The notes beneath the pieces are model-generated. The model saw only the letters and a program-made list of their open reading frames with translations, did not search any database and was not told where the DNA came from. The translations under genes and the position numbers were made by a program. Positions 30,098 through 38,663 of a stretch of 64,000 bases of DNA are shown here, piece by piece. The DNA lies in the NCBI GenBank assembly GCA_050949045.1, contig JBMNEZ010000001.1, positions 576,001-640,000 of the forward strand, given 5' to 3'. The DNA comes from Candidatus Izemoplasmatales bacterium (GTDB taxonomy: Bacteria > Bacillota_I > Bacilli_A > Izemoplasmatales > Hujiaoplasmataceae). The number at the start of each line of letters is the position of its first letter. Within the stretch, counting starts at the first letter, position 1.

Positions 30098-30643
30098 ATT
30101 ATCTACGCAAACATGCAAAGACCGATAAGAAAGGATGATACCCCGATCAATGAGGAAATCCGGGCAAAGGAAGTCCTTTTGATTGGCGCAGACGGCTCAC
30201 AGTTTGGGGTAAAACCGATCAAGGAGGCTCTTTCAATCGCCAATCGCGAGGGTCTTGATCTTGTCATGGTCGCCCCCAACGCTCAGCCTCCGGTATGCAA
30301 ACTGATGGATTATCGCAAGTACCGCTATGAGCAACAGCGAAGAGCTCGCGAGGCGAAGAAAAACCAGAAAGTTGTCGAATTGAAAGAAATCCGGTTGACT
30401 GCGGTGATTGACAAACACGATTTCGAAACAAAACTTCGCAACGGCTATCGGTTTCTCGAGAAGGGTGACAAATTGAAAGTCGCCGTCTGGCTCCCTTACC
30501 GCGTCAGTGACATGCTGATCCAACAAGGCAAGGAAGTGCTCATCCGCTATCGTACGCTTTGCGAAGATATTAGCGCGCTTGAGAAAGACATCGCCCACGA
30601 AGGCCGATATCTGACTATGGTTTTGACGCCAAAGAAAAAATAA
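30098..30643 (+). CDS. infC: Translation initiation factor IF-3 (ATT start)
   Basis: INEEIRAKEV, PPVCKLMDY, KEIRL; in-frame ATT 7 nt after GGAGGT. Confidence 0.95.
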   Translation: MIYANMQRPIRKDDTPINEEIRAKEVLLIGADGSQFGVKPIKEALSIANREGLDLVMVAPNAQPPVCKLMDYRKYRYEQQRRAREAKKNQKVVELKEIRLTAVIDKHDFETKLRNGYRFLEKGDKLKVAVWLPYRVSDMLIQQGKEVLIRYRTLCEDISALEKDIAHEGRYLTMVLTPKKK

Positions 30644-30661
30644 CTTAGAGGAGAAATAGAC

Positions 30662-30859
30662 ATGCCAAAAATGCGCTCCCATTCAGGGACTAAAAAAAGA
30701 TTACAACGTACAGGAACAGGAAAACTGCTACGCCAAAGCACCTTCCGCGGACATTTGATGAGTCACAAGACTCCAAAGCAAAACCGGCAGGCAAGAAGAA
30801 AAGAAACGGTAACCACCTCTGATCTCAAACGAATCAGACATCAGGTTCCATATTTGTAA
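30662..30859 (+). CDS. rpmI: 50S ribosomal protein L35
   Basis: MPKMRSHSGTKKR, TGTGK; operon position. Confidence 0.96.
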   Translation: MPKMRSHSGTKKRLQRTGTGKLLRQSTFRGHLMSHKTPKQNRQARRKETVTTSDLKRIRHQVPYL

Positions 30860-30879
30860 GGACAGGAGGAGAATAGAAC

Positions 30880-31248
30880 ATGCCAAGAGTTAAAGGTAGC
30901 CCCGTCACCAGAAAAAGACGCAACAAGGTTTTGAAACTTGCCAAAGGCTATTATGGCGCCAAGCATTTGTTGTTTAGGACCGCCAAAGAACAGGTGATGA
31001 ACTCGCTCGCCTACCAGTATCGCGACCGGCGGAGACGGAAACGTGATTTTCGCAAACTATGGATCACCAGAATCAACGCCGCGGCGAGAATCAATGATCT
31101 GTCATATTCAAAATTGATTAACGGACTTACACTCGCAAACATCGAAGTTAACCGGAAAATGCTGGCTGAAATCGCCATAAACGATCAACCGGGATTCAAA
31201 GTGATCTGCGATCAAGCAAAAAAGGCTTTGGAAAAAGCCACCAAATGA
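30880..31248 (+). CDS. rplT: 50S ribosomal protein L20
   Basis: [28 protein letters not shown]. Confidence 0.98.
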   Translation: MPRVKGSPVTRKRRNKVLKLAKGYYGAKHLLFRTAKEQVMNSLAYQYRDRRRRKRDFRKLWITRINAAARINDLSYSKLINGLTLANIEVNRKMLAEIAINDQPGFKVICDQAKKALEKATK

Positions 31249-31250
31249 AG

Positions 31251-31275
31251 AAAAGTCTAGCGATAGACTTTTTTC
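31251..31275 (+). terminator. Intrinsic terminator after rplT
   Basis: AAAAGTCTA-GCGA-TAGACTTTTT. Confidence 0.85.
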
Positions 31276-31369
31276 TTACCATCAGCCTTTTGATAAGTTA
31301 ATTGTATTTATGACAAAAATTTGATAAAATAACTACGAATGAAAAACATTTACAGTTTATCCAGGACAG

Positions 31370-31942
31370 GTGATCGGTGTGAAAAAGCGCTTCCGAATCC
31401 ATTTATTCGGGTCCTCCGGATCGGGGTCAACGACTCTTGCAAAAGCGATTTCCCTTGCCCATGATTTTCATTTTATCGATGTCGACGATATCTTCTGGGA
31501 ACCTACCGATCCTCCGTTCACAAGAATAAAGCCGAAGTCAGAGTGTCTAGAACAGCTCCGCAACCTACTTGAAATTAACGAACGGGCCGCTGTTTCCGGC
31601 GCTTTCGTTGGCTGGGGTGACAGTCTGAAACCGTTGTTTGATTTATTTGTGTTCATGCATCTGCCCCTTGAAATCCGGCTTGAGCGGATCAAAATCCGCG
31701 AACAGAACCGTTTTGGGAACAGAGTGCTTCCCGGTGGTGATCTTTACAAACAGCATTTGGATTTTCTCGACTGGGTGAGTCTCTATGAGACAGGCGATAT
31801 CAATATGCGTAGCAAAGCACAGCACGAAGCCTGGCTGAAGGATGTAAATGTTCCGATCATCAGGATCACCGAGGCGATGTCGATTCCGGAAATGCTGAAG
31901 TTGATTCTTCCATACCTTGATTGTGAAAGCGAGCGTTTATAA
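31370..31942 (+). CDS. P-loop nucleotide kinase-like protein (adenylate kinase related)
   Basis: IHLFGSSGSGSTT, DVDDIFWEPTDPPF, REQNRFG. Confidence 0.8.
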   Translation: MIGVKKRFRIHLFGSSGSGSTTLAKAISLAHDFHFIDVDDIFWEPTDPPFTRIKPKSECLEQLRNLLEINERAAVSGAFVGWGDSLKPLFDLFVFMHLPLEIRLERIKIREQNRFGNRVLPGGDLYKQHLDFLDWVSLYETGDINMRSKAQHEAWLKDVNVPIIRITEAMSIPEMLKLILPYLDCESERL

Positions 31943-31945
31943 ACG

Positions 31946-32473
31946 ATGGGCAATCTGTTTGATTTGTTTCTCAAAGGTTATCTGACCGTCATCATTCTGT
32001 ATGTTTCCATAAATGCCACCTTCCGTTACCACGCGGTGGTGCGGATGACCTTACTCGGTGCGATTGTCCTGGTTTCTTTTGCATCATATTTCTTCATCGG
32101 TAGTCGTTTCTATGTTGCATATGTCATCATCGTCGGCGTGATCGCCCTTATGACCTTGATGGTCCGCCTTTATCTGGCGAAAAGAAAGCAAGATCTCTTC
32201 GTTTTGATTTCTATTATCGACAAAGACCCCATTCCCGATACGGAAACAATCCGAGAGATGTGCCGGAGTCTTGGCGGCAATCCCGATAATATCAGTTTTC
32301 TCGGTCAAGGATCAAGTATAATGTTGATTAAGAACGAACCACGCACCCTAGTCAAAAAAATACAAAAACAGCTCGAGGATTTCTTTGAAAAGAAGACGAG
32401 ACGATTCGGACTTGTCCAGTATTTCCACATCATCATTGCGCTGATCTTGATCGCTTCGATTTGGCGTTTCTAA
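31946..32473 (+). CDS. Membrane protein, unknown function
   Basis: 175 aa with three N-terminal and one C-terminal hydrophobic segments; tight operon spacing. Confidence 0.8.
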   Translation: MGNLFDLFLKGYLTVIILYVSINATFRYHAVVRMTLLGAIVLVSFASYFFIGSRFYVAYVIIVGVIALMTLMVRLYLAKRKQDLFVLISIIDKDPIPDTETIREMCRSLGGNPDNISFLGQGSSIMLIKNEPRTLVKKIQKQLEDFFEKKTRRFGLVQYFHIIIALILIASIWRF

Positions 32474-32485
32474 GGAGCATTGTCG

Positions 32486-33358
32486 ATGACACCAGCTCAA
32501 GTTGCGTTTTTCAACAAAAAACCTGAACGGTATTTCGGGGTCAATTATTTTCTGCGCCCCTTTTTTGGTAGTCATCCTTCCCGTCAGTACTTCAGCACCA
32601 CCGCTGATATCGATCCCGTGTATCATGAGGATCATGTGGCTGTTGCTCATGAGCGCATCCCCCTAATATTGGACAAGCTTGCTTCCCTTGAGTCCGGGAT
32701 GATCGTTGGCTTTTCCCAAAACCCCGATCCTTATGACCCCGCGCTGACAGAGGAACAGCCTATGGAAACTCTTCTCGGCACGATCAGAGACAAGAAACTC
32801 GGCCTTTATCTCGAAACCGCCAACGAGGGCTTGATCCGGGACTTGCCATTGATCCAGCAAATCAAAGAGAAAGCTCCGGTCATCGTCACCGTTCCGATTG
32901 GTTTTGCGAACGACCAGATCCAACAAGTGATCATTCCCAAAGAGCCGATTTTCGCCAAGAAACTCAGATTGATAGCCAAGCTCGCCGCTGAGGGTATCAA
33001 TGTCGGCACCTTGCTAAAGCCGATCATCCCCTTTGTGAATGACAACGAGGCGCATCTGATTGAAATCATCGAGAAGGCTAAACAGGCAGGAACCTGTTTC
33101 ATCTATCCTTCCTTCGGCATCAATTTGAATTCTTCCCAGCATCGAATGTTCATGGATTTCGTGATGCGGAATTTGCCAGGGCTCAGGAATATCTATATGG
33201 ACCACTTCGGTTTCAAAAAATCATGGGCCTCACCAAAACTTAAACTCCTCAAGAAAACTTTTGTCATTAACATGAAAAAAAACAAACTTCCCTTTGGGAT
33301 GAAGGAAATCATCAGCGGATTAGTCTCAGAAAAAGTAGTTCAACTCAAACTATTTTAA
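32486..33358 (+). CDS. Radical SAM-like protein (SPL-like/Rv2578c-like) lacking CxxxCxxC
   Basis: YFGVNY..RPFFG, DPYDP, GTLLKPIIPFVND, FIYPSFG recall the family; cluster cysteines absent. Confidence 0.7.
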   Translation: MTPAQVAFFNKKPERYFGVNYFLRPFFGSHPSRQYFSTTADIDPVYHEDHVAVAHERIPLILDKLASLESGMIVGFSQNPDPYDPALTEEQPMETLLGTIRDKKLGLYLETANEGLIRDLPLIQQIKEKAPVIVTVPIGFANDQIQQVIIPKEPIFAKKLRLIAKLAAEGINVGTLLKPIIPFVNDNEAHLIEIIEKAKQAGTCFIYPSFGINLNSSQHRMFMDFVMRNLPGLRNIYMDHFGFKKSWASPKLKLLKKTFVINMKKNKLPFGMKEIISGLVSEKVVQLKLF

Positions 33359-33381
33359 ACAATACAAAAGAAGGTAATCAT

Positions 33382-34062
33382 ATGTTAAATTTTCTAAACA
33401 AAAACTGGTTATTCTTGGTCCTTCTCTTTGGATCGCTAATGTTGATCACCGCCGCTTATTTGTTGTTTATTTATCTAAAACGTCCCGTGAAAAAGAAAAA
33501 CATTGCGGAGACTAAAACCCAAAAGGCTGAAAAGGACGAACTTAAAATTTCCCTAATTGATCTGATCGATGCCGAGATTACCGGACAGAAAAGCGTTAAA
33601 AAGAAAGCCGTGCAAACGGATGTTTCTTCCCATGAGGCCATTTCTGAAGTTGTCATTGCGTCGGAAAGGGAAAACGAAAACGCTGACGGTGTCACAAGCA
33701 CTATCCCGATGGATATCAGTGAGGTGTCACCGACTGAAAACGTCCCTCAAGAACCAATTTTGACAGGTGAAGCCGAAGAAAAACCGCTCGCTACTGATCC
33801 CCCTAGGGAAAACACACCTTCAACTACTGAAAAATCTCAAAAAAAAGGCGAGAAAAAACCCCCAAAAAAGGAACTCGGAAAGTATCATGTTCTCTTTCGT
33901 AAGAAAGATGGTCGCTGGTATGTGAAACGCGAGGGCTCTGAGCGGATCCTCCGAGTTCTCGACACCCAAAAAGAAGCGATCGCCTATGCCACCATCAAGG
34001 CCATCACCCAGAACACCGCCTTCGTTGTCCACAGACAGGACGGTAAAATCAAAAAACAATAA
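33382..34062 (+). CDS. Membrane-anchored protein with low-complexity linker and C-terminal DUF2188-like domain
   Basis: N-terminal TM; KYHV..RKKDGRWYVKREGSER....DTQKEAI...HRQDGKI. Confidence 0.8.
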   Translation: MLNFLNKNWLFLVLLFGSLMLITAAYLLFIYLKRPVKKKNIAETKTQKAEKDELKISLIDLIDAEITGQKSVKKKAVQTDVSSHEAISEVVIASERENENADGVTSTIPMDISEVSPTENVPQEPILTGEAEEKPLATDPPRENTPSTTEKSQKKGEKKPPKKELGKYHVLFRKKDGRWYVKREGSERILRVLDTQKEAIAYATIKAITQNTAFVVHRQDGKIKKQ

Positions 34063-34201
34063 TTTTCACGCAAAACCACATGGTTTTGCCTTTTTTTTAC
34101 AACAAAATCGTCTTGCCGGTTGTTATTATCAGTGAAAACCGAAAAGATTGTCTAGTCCTCGAAAAAAGATGGTAAAATAAGCTTGTGAACGGAGTGGGAC
34201 G

Positions 34202-34741
34202 ATGGAAGACAATCTCGAACGCCTTGTCTGTCGACTCAAAAATGGCGAAGTCCAGGTTTTCGATAAGATTTATGAACTCACATATCGCAAGGTTTATTTC
34301 AAAATAATCCCGATTCTGAGGGATGTTTCTCTTACCGAGGACATTATGCAAGATACCTACATCAAGTTGCTTTCGACAATCCAAAACTACCGGCAAAAAA
34401 ACTTCATCGGGTATTTGTTGACGATCGCCCGCAATCTCGCACTGAACGAACTCAAACGCCGCAAACGCGAGATCACTACTGAAGAAATCGTCTACGATAA
34501 TTCGCAATTCGATTATCAGACTTTGGTTGAATCCAAGGCGGAGAACCGCGCTCTGATCGAACGCGCGCTTTCAGTGCTAGACAATGAGGAACGCAACGTT
34601 GTCTTGTTACATGATGTTGAGAATCTGAAGCACAAAGAGATCGCCGCCATTATCGATAAGCCCCTTGGAACTGTGACATGGCTTTATTCCAGAGCTATTA
34701 AGAAAATCAGGTCTGTGATCAAAGAGGAGGGTTGGCAATGA
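34202..34741 (+). CDS. ECF (group 4) RNA polymerase sigma factor
   Basis: 179 aa; EDIMQDTYIK, YLLTIARNLALN, HKEIAAIIDKPLGTV. Confidence 0.93.
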   Translation: MEDNLERLVCRLKNGEVQVFDKIYELTYRKVYFKIIPILRDVSLTEDIMQDTYIKLLSTIQNYRQKNFIGYLLTIARNLALNELKRRKREITTEEIVYDNSQFDYQTLVESKAENRALIERALSVLDNEERNVVLLHDVENLKHKEIAAIIDKPLGTVTWLYSRAIKKIRSVIKEEGWQ

Positions 34742-35667
34742 AGATAAACGCATTCAAAAAAATGCTCAGAGAGCAGATGTCTTTTGACGTTCCTTCCCCA
34801 CGCTCGCGCTTAAAGGATCCTGAACAATATCTTGAAACCCAGACTGAAACCGTAAAACCCCGGTTGGTACTGAAACCGTTCCTCATCGCTTTTTCTTCGC
34901 TTCTTGTCGCCGTCGTTGTCTTTCTTGGAGGCTACCTAGCCTTGACGCCGTCCGTCAATTTGACCCTTGACATCAATCCATCTTTCCAAATCTCGCTCAA
35001 TGCGTTTGACCGCATCATCGACATCAGGGGGAAAGACGAACAGGCTCAAGCCATCATCGACCAGCTTGATAATCCGCACGGAAGGCTCGACAAAGTCATC
35101 CCCGACTTATATGAAAAAGGCATTCAAGCAGACGCTTTCCACGCTGATGAAGCTTACCTGCTCTTCGGGGTCGCCGGTGACAACTATAAAAAGGAACAGC
35201 GAGTCAGAACTAAGCTCCTTGATATCAAAGTGACCGAAGCAACGACCGTCTACGTCATAAACAAACATTCCGAATCGTCTGAAACTCTCCATTTCCGCTT
35301 CGCCTCGGCATCAGCTCCCAAGGGCGATCGGGACAACAATATTGACACAGCCTCCAAAAATACGGTGACTGCTAACTATTTCTCGGAGGAAAACACTACG
35401 AAAACAGTGCCAGCAAGCAGCTACGACAGCGTCTTATTTGATGATATGATCACCGTTTTTGCTTCAAATTATCCTGAAGGAACCCTAACCGAATCAGAGT
35501 ATCTGGACCTTGCCTCCACGCTTCAGGTTTCCGAGGCCAAACTACAAATGGCACTTGAAGTATTCGTATTCTATGACGAATATGATAGCGCTGATGACTT
35601 GTCATTCTTGGCAAATCTCGATTTGAAAGATTTGTTTGAACTCTATGAAAAGACAATATTGCCTTGA
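34738..35667 (+). CDS. RsgI-like transmembrane anti-sigma factor
   Basis: ATGA coupling to the sigma gene; one TM followed by LTLDINPSFQISLNAFDRII. Confidence 0.75.
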   Translation: MKINAFKKMLREQMSFDVPSPRSRLKDPEQYLETQTETVKPRLVLKPFLIAFSSLLVAVVVFLGGYLALTPSVNLTLDINPSFQISLNAFDRIIDIRGKDEQAQAIIDQLDNPHGRLDKVIPDLYEKGIQADAFHADEAYLLFGVAGDNYKKEQRVRTKLLDIKVTEATTVYVINKHSESSETLHFRFASASAPKGDRDNNIDTASKNTVTANYFSEENTTKTVPASSYDSVLFDDMITVFASNYPEGTLTESEYLDLASTLQVSEAKLQMALEVFVFYDEYDSADDLSFLANLDLKDLFELYEKTILP

Positions 35668-35691
35668 TTGGTATGCTCAGTCGACGATGAT

Positions 35692-35722
35692 TACCGCGTG
35701 TTTTCAATGCGCGGTTTTTTTG
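35692..35722 (+). terminator. Intrinsic terminator
   Basis: ACCGCGTG-TTTTCAA-TGCGCGGTTTTTTT. Confidence 0.75.
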
Positions 35723-35943
35723 TGGACATTGCCTTAACAACTCATTTATGGCTAAGAAAGTGTAATTACAACATTCAAGGAATTCGAATGACAGACAATA
35801 TTACTATTAAATAACCTGTATTCGATAACGATGATGGTCATGATTTCGATAGTGACCAGAAAAATCTTGAACTGCTTTCAATAATCGACATATTCATAAA
35901 TTTAAAACTAAAAAAGGCAGCCTCATGATCGGCTACCTTTATA

Positions 35944-36759
35944 CTATTCTATAGTGTGTGTCAGTTGTTTGAGCCGTTTCTTATTATAAAGGCCAAAAAC
36001 TGAATATACGAGGACAAACGCCAAAAACACGAGAATGACGAGGACAATCATATGGTACCCATCCGGAAGAACGTTGAGAATGGGAACCGGGCCGCCATAG
36101 AAAGGATTCGCCATCAAATACATATTGTTGGCGCCGGGATCGATGAACAGATTGCCAATCATCGCCCAGGCGGTAATCAGAATACAGCCAACGAGCGTAT
36201 TGAGCCAATTCTCCTTTCTCAGAACGAACTCGCCGGTAAGCAGCTGAAAACAGGAAACAAAGAACAATAGGAAATGGACGACGAGGCTTCTTAGAATCGG
36301 AAAGGTGAAAACAAACGGATCGCCGTAGAGGACACCGACCGGATAAATGATCACAGCCAAGCCACCAATGATCGATGTCGAGTAAATGAAATCCTTTGCT
36401 TTCTTCCAGTCGAACCAAATAACCAGCGGCAGAAGAACATTGTTGACTCCGCAAAGTTGAAAAGAAATGAGGGTTCGAAAATCTAACAAGGGATGAGAGT
36501 ATGAAGACAATTGGTCGCCATAGCGGTTCCATTCCCAAATAAACAGCACTTCCCCGGCGTACTTCAACAGTAACATGATCACACAACAGACAGTCACAAA
36601 CAACTTTCTGGTTTTCGCACTCTTCCGCTTGAATATTTTCATCAAGAAAATGAAGAGGATGATAGAAACTATGATGTATAGGAAGTGTTGCCATTTGAAC
36701 AAATATTGGGTGGGATGGTCATCCATCCCCGAACTGGTGAAAAAAGTCGACAGCGTCAT
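35944..36759 (-). CDS. YwaF/TMEM164-like integral membrane protein
   Basis: Multiple TM segments; FQLCG, VVHF, ANNMYL; GAGGTG RBS favours ATG 36759. Confidence 0.75.
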   Translation of the reverse strand: MTLSTFFTSSGMDDHPTQYLFKWQHFLYIIVSIILFIFLMKIFKRKSAKTRKLFVTVCCVIMLLLKYAGEVLFIWEWNRYGDQLSSYSHPLLDFRTLISFQLCGVNNVLLPLVIWFDWKKAKDFIYSTSIIGGLAVIIYPVGVLYGDPFVFTFPILRSLVVHFLLFFVSCFQLLTGEFVLRKENWLNTLVGCILITAWAMIGNLFIDPGANNMYLMANPFYGGPVPILNVLPDGYHMIVLVILVFLAFVLVYSVFGLYNKKRLKQLTHTIE

Positions 36760-36911
36760 CGTACACCTCAATGATTGTTTCATTAGTATTATAATACATT
36801 TCTTGAAAATCTTCGGTAAAAATTTGCATTTCTCCATTTTCATATATTTTCTTGCAAAAAATCATCTAAGTAGTAAAATAGAAATGCAAGTGCTTTCAAG
36901 GAGGACTTCTG

Positions 36912-38540
36912 ATGATCAGAATCAAAATCGGGGAGCAGATGCGCTCATATCCCCATCCCGTACGCTTGGAAGATCTCGCCAATGAATTCACGGGACCATT
37001 CTATGCGGCCAAAGTCAACAATCGACTTCGGGAACTGACCTATGTCGTCAACCAGGACGCCACCGTCGAGTTCCTTGATTTCACTTATCAAGACGCAGCC
37101 AGGATCTATGCGACCAGCATGCGCTATTTGGTTTCAATGGCCTTTGACAGTGTCTATCCCAATCTCCAGATCAAGTTCTCAAACAGCATCGCGATGGGAA
37201 TCTATGGACGCGCTGTCAACGGTGTCATCACCGCGGCGATGATCGACGGTGTGATCACTGAGATGCATCGGTTGATCGCGCTTGATCTGCCAATTGTCCG
37301 TAAAAAGATTACGATCGCCGATGCCAAGAAGTATTATCGTTCCAAAGGTTATCTTGATAAAGTCGAGACCCTTAATTACCGCAAACAGATCGTCAATATC
37401 TATGAATGCCAAGGTTACCGGAACTATATGTATGGCTATATGGTTCCCTCAACTGGGTATTTGAGAGAGTTTGAACTTTTCTATTACAGTCCCGGATTTC
37501 TGGTGCGCTATCCAAGAATTGAGGAAAAAGGGCAGATCCCCGAGTTTGTCGACTCGCCGAGCTTTCTTCGAGTTCTCAACCGGGCCGAGCAATGGGCGAT
37601 CAACTGCGACAGCGATATGATCTACAAGATGAATAAGAAGATTGAACAGAACTTGCAAGTTGAATTCGTCAACATGTGCGAGACGAAACATAATAACCAG
37701 CTATGCGAACTTGGAGACATCATCTCTCGTGATATCAATAACATCCGTCTAATCGCAATTGCCGGACCTTCATCGTCCGGAAAGACGACCTTCTCGAGAC
37801 GTCTCGAGATCGAACTGCTTACAAGAGGCATCAAACCGAAAATGATCTCGATTGACAATTACTACTTGCCTGTGGAAAAGGCTCCGATCGATGAGTTTGG
37901 ACAACCTGATATGGAACATGTGAACGCTCTCGATCTTGATCTCTTCAACCGCAATATCACAGATCTCATCAACGGAGAAGCGGTTTCACTGCCCTATTTC
38001 GACTTCAAGACACACCGACGCCGCTATACCGTGCCGATCAAGATTGCCTCCCACAATCCGATCATCATCGAAGGAATCCATGCCCTCAATGACCTCTTGA
38101 CCGAATTCATCCCTTCTAACCATAAATTCAAAATCTATATTTCACCATTGTCTCAGATCAATATCGATTACAATAACCCGATCAGCTTGACCGATATCAG
38201 ACTGCTGCGCCGTATTGTTAGAGATCTCCAGTTTCGTGGTACCCCATGTGAAAAAACGCTGAGCATGTGGGCCTCCGTCCGCAGGGGTGAATTCAAATGG
38301 ATCTATCCCTTTATCGAGAGTGCCAACTACATCTACAACTCCGAATTGACCTATGAACTCTGCGTATTGAAGAAATACGCGATGAAAGCTCTGTTACAAA
38401 TCCCGAATGACTCTGAACACTTTATCGCCGCCAACAGGCTGATCAAGTTTCTCAAGTACTTCAAGGAAATCAGCCAATACCTTGTTCCCTGCAATTCGTT
38501 GTTGCGGGAATTCATCGGTGGCAGCGTCTTCGAACACTAG
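36912..38540 (+). CDS. Uridine kinase-like protein fused to N-terminal TGS/ThrRS-like domains
   Basis: AKVNNRLRELTY (TGS-like), YGYMVPSTGYL, AGPSSSGKTT, EGIHALN, RLLRRIVRD. Confidence 0.85.
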   Translation: MIRIKIGEQMRSYPHPVRLEDLANEFTGPFYAAKVNNRLRELTYVVNQDATVEFLDFTYQDAARIYATSMRYLVSMAFDSVYPNLQIKFSNSIAMGIYGRAVNGVITAAMIDGVITEMHRLIALDLPIVRKKITIADAKKYYRSKGYLDKVETLNYRKQIVNIYECQGYRNYMYGYMVPSTGYLREFELFYYSPGFLVRYPRIEEKGQIPEFVDSPSFLRVLNRAEQWAINCDSDMIYKMNKKIEQNLQVEFVNMCETKHNNQLCELGDIISRDINNIRLIAIAGPSSSGKTTFSRRLEIELLTRGIKPKMISIDNYYLPVEKAPIDEFGQPDMEHVNALDLDLFNRNITDLINGEAVSLPYFDFKTHRRRYTVPIKIASHNPIIIEGIHALNDLLTEFIPSNHKFKIYISPLSQINIDYNNPISLTDIRLLRRIVRDLQFRGTPCEKTLSMWASVRRGEFKWIYPFIESANYIYNSELTYELCVLKKYAMKALLQIPNDSEHFIAANRLIKFLKYFKEISQYLVPCNSLLREFIGGSVFEH

Positions 38541-38663
38541 CGACAGTGTTCTTTTTTTTGTTTCTTTCCGTTCTAGATTAAAAGAGATTTAACTTGATGA
38601 TGGCGAATTGTATCACCACTGTGATATAATATTTATGAAACAATTGAGAAGAAGGTGAAACCC

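Noticed and set aside
35984..36694. 236-aa alternative-frame ORF inside the YwaF-like gene
   Set aside because: Ser/Arg-rich composition typical of an off-frame read, no clear RBS
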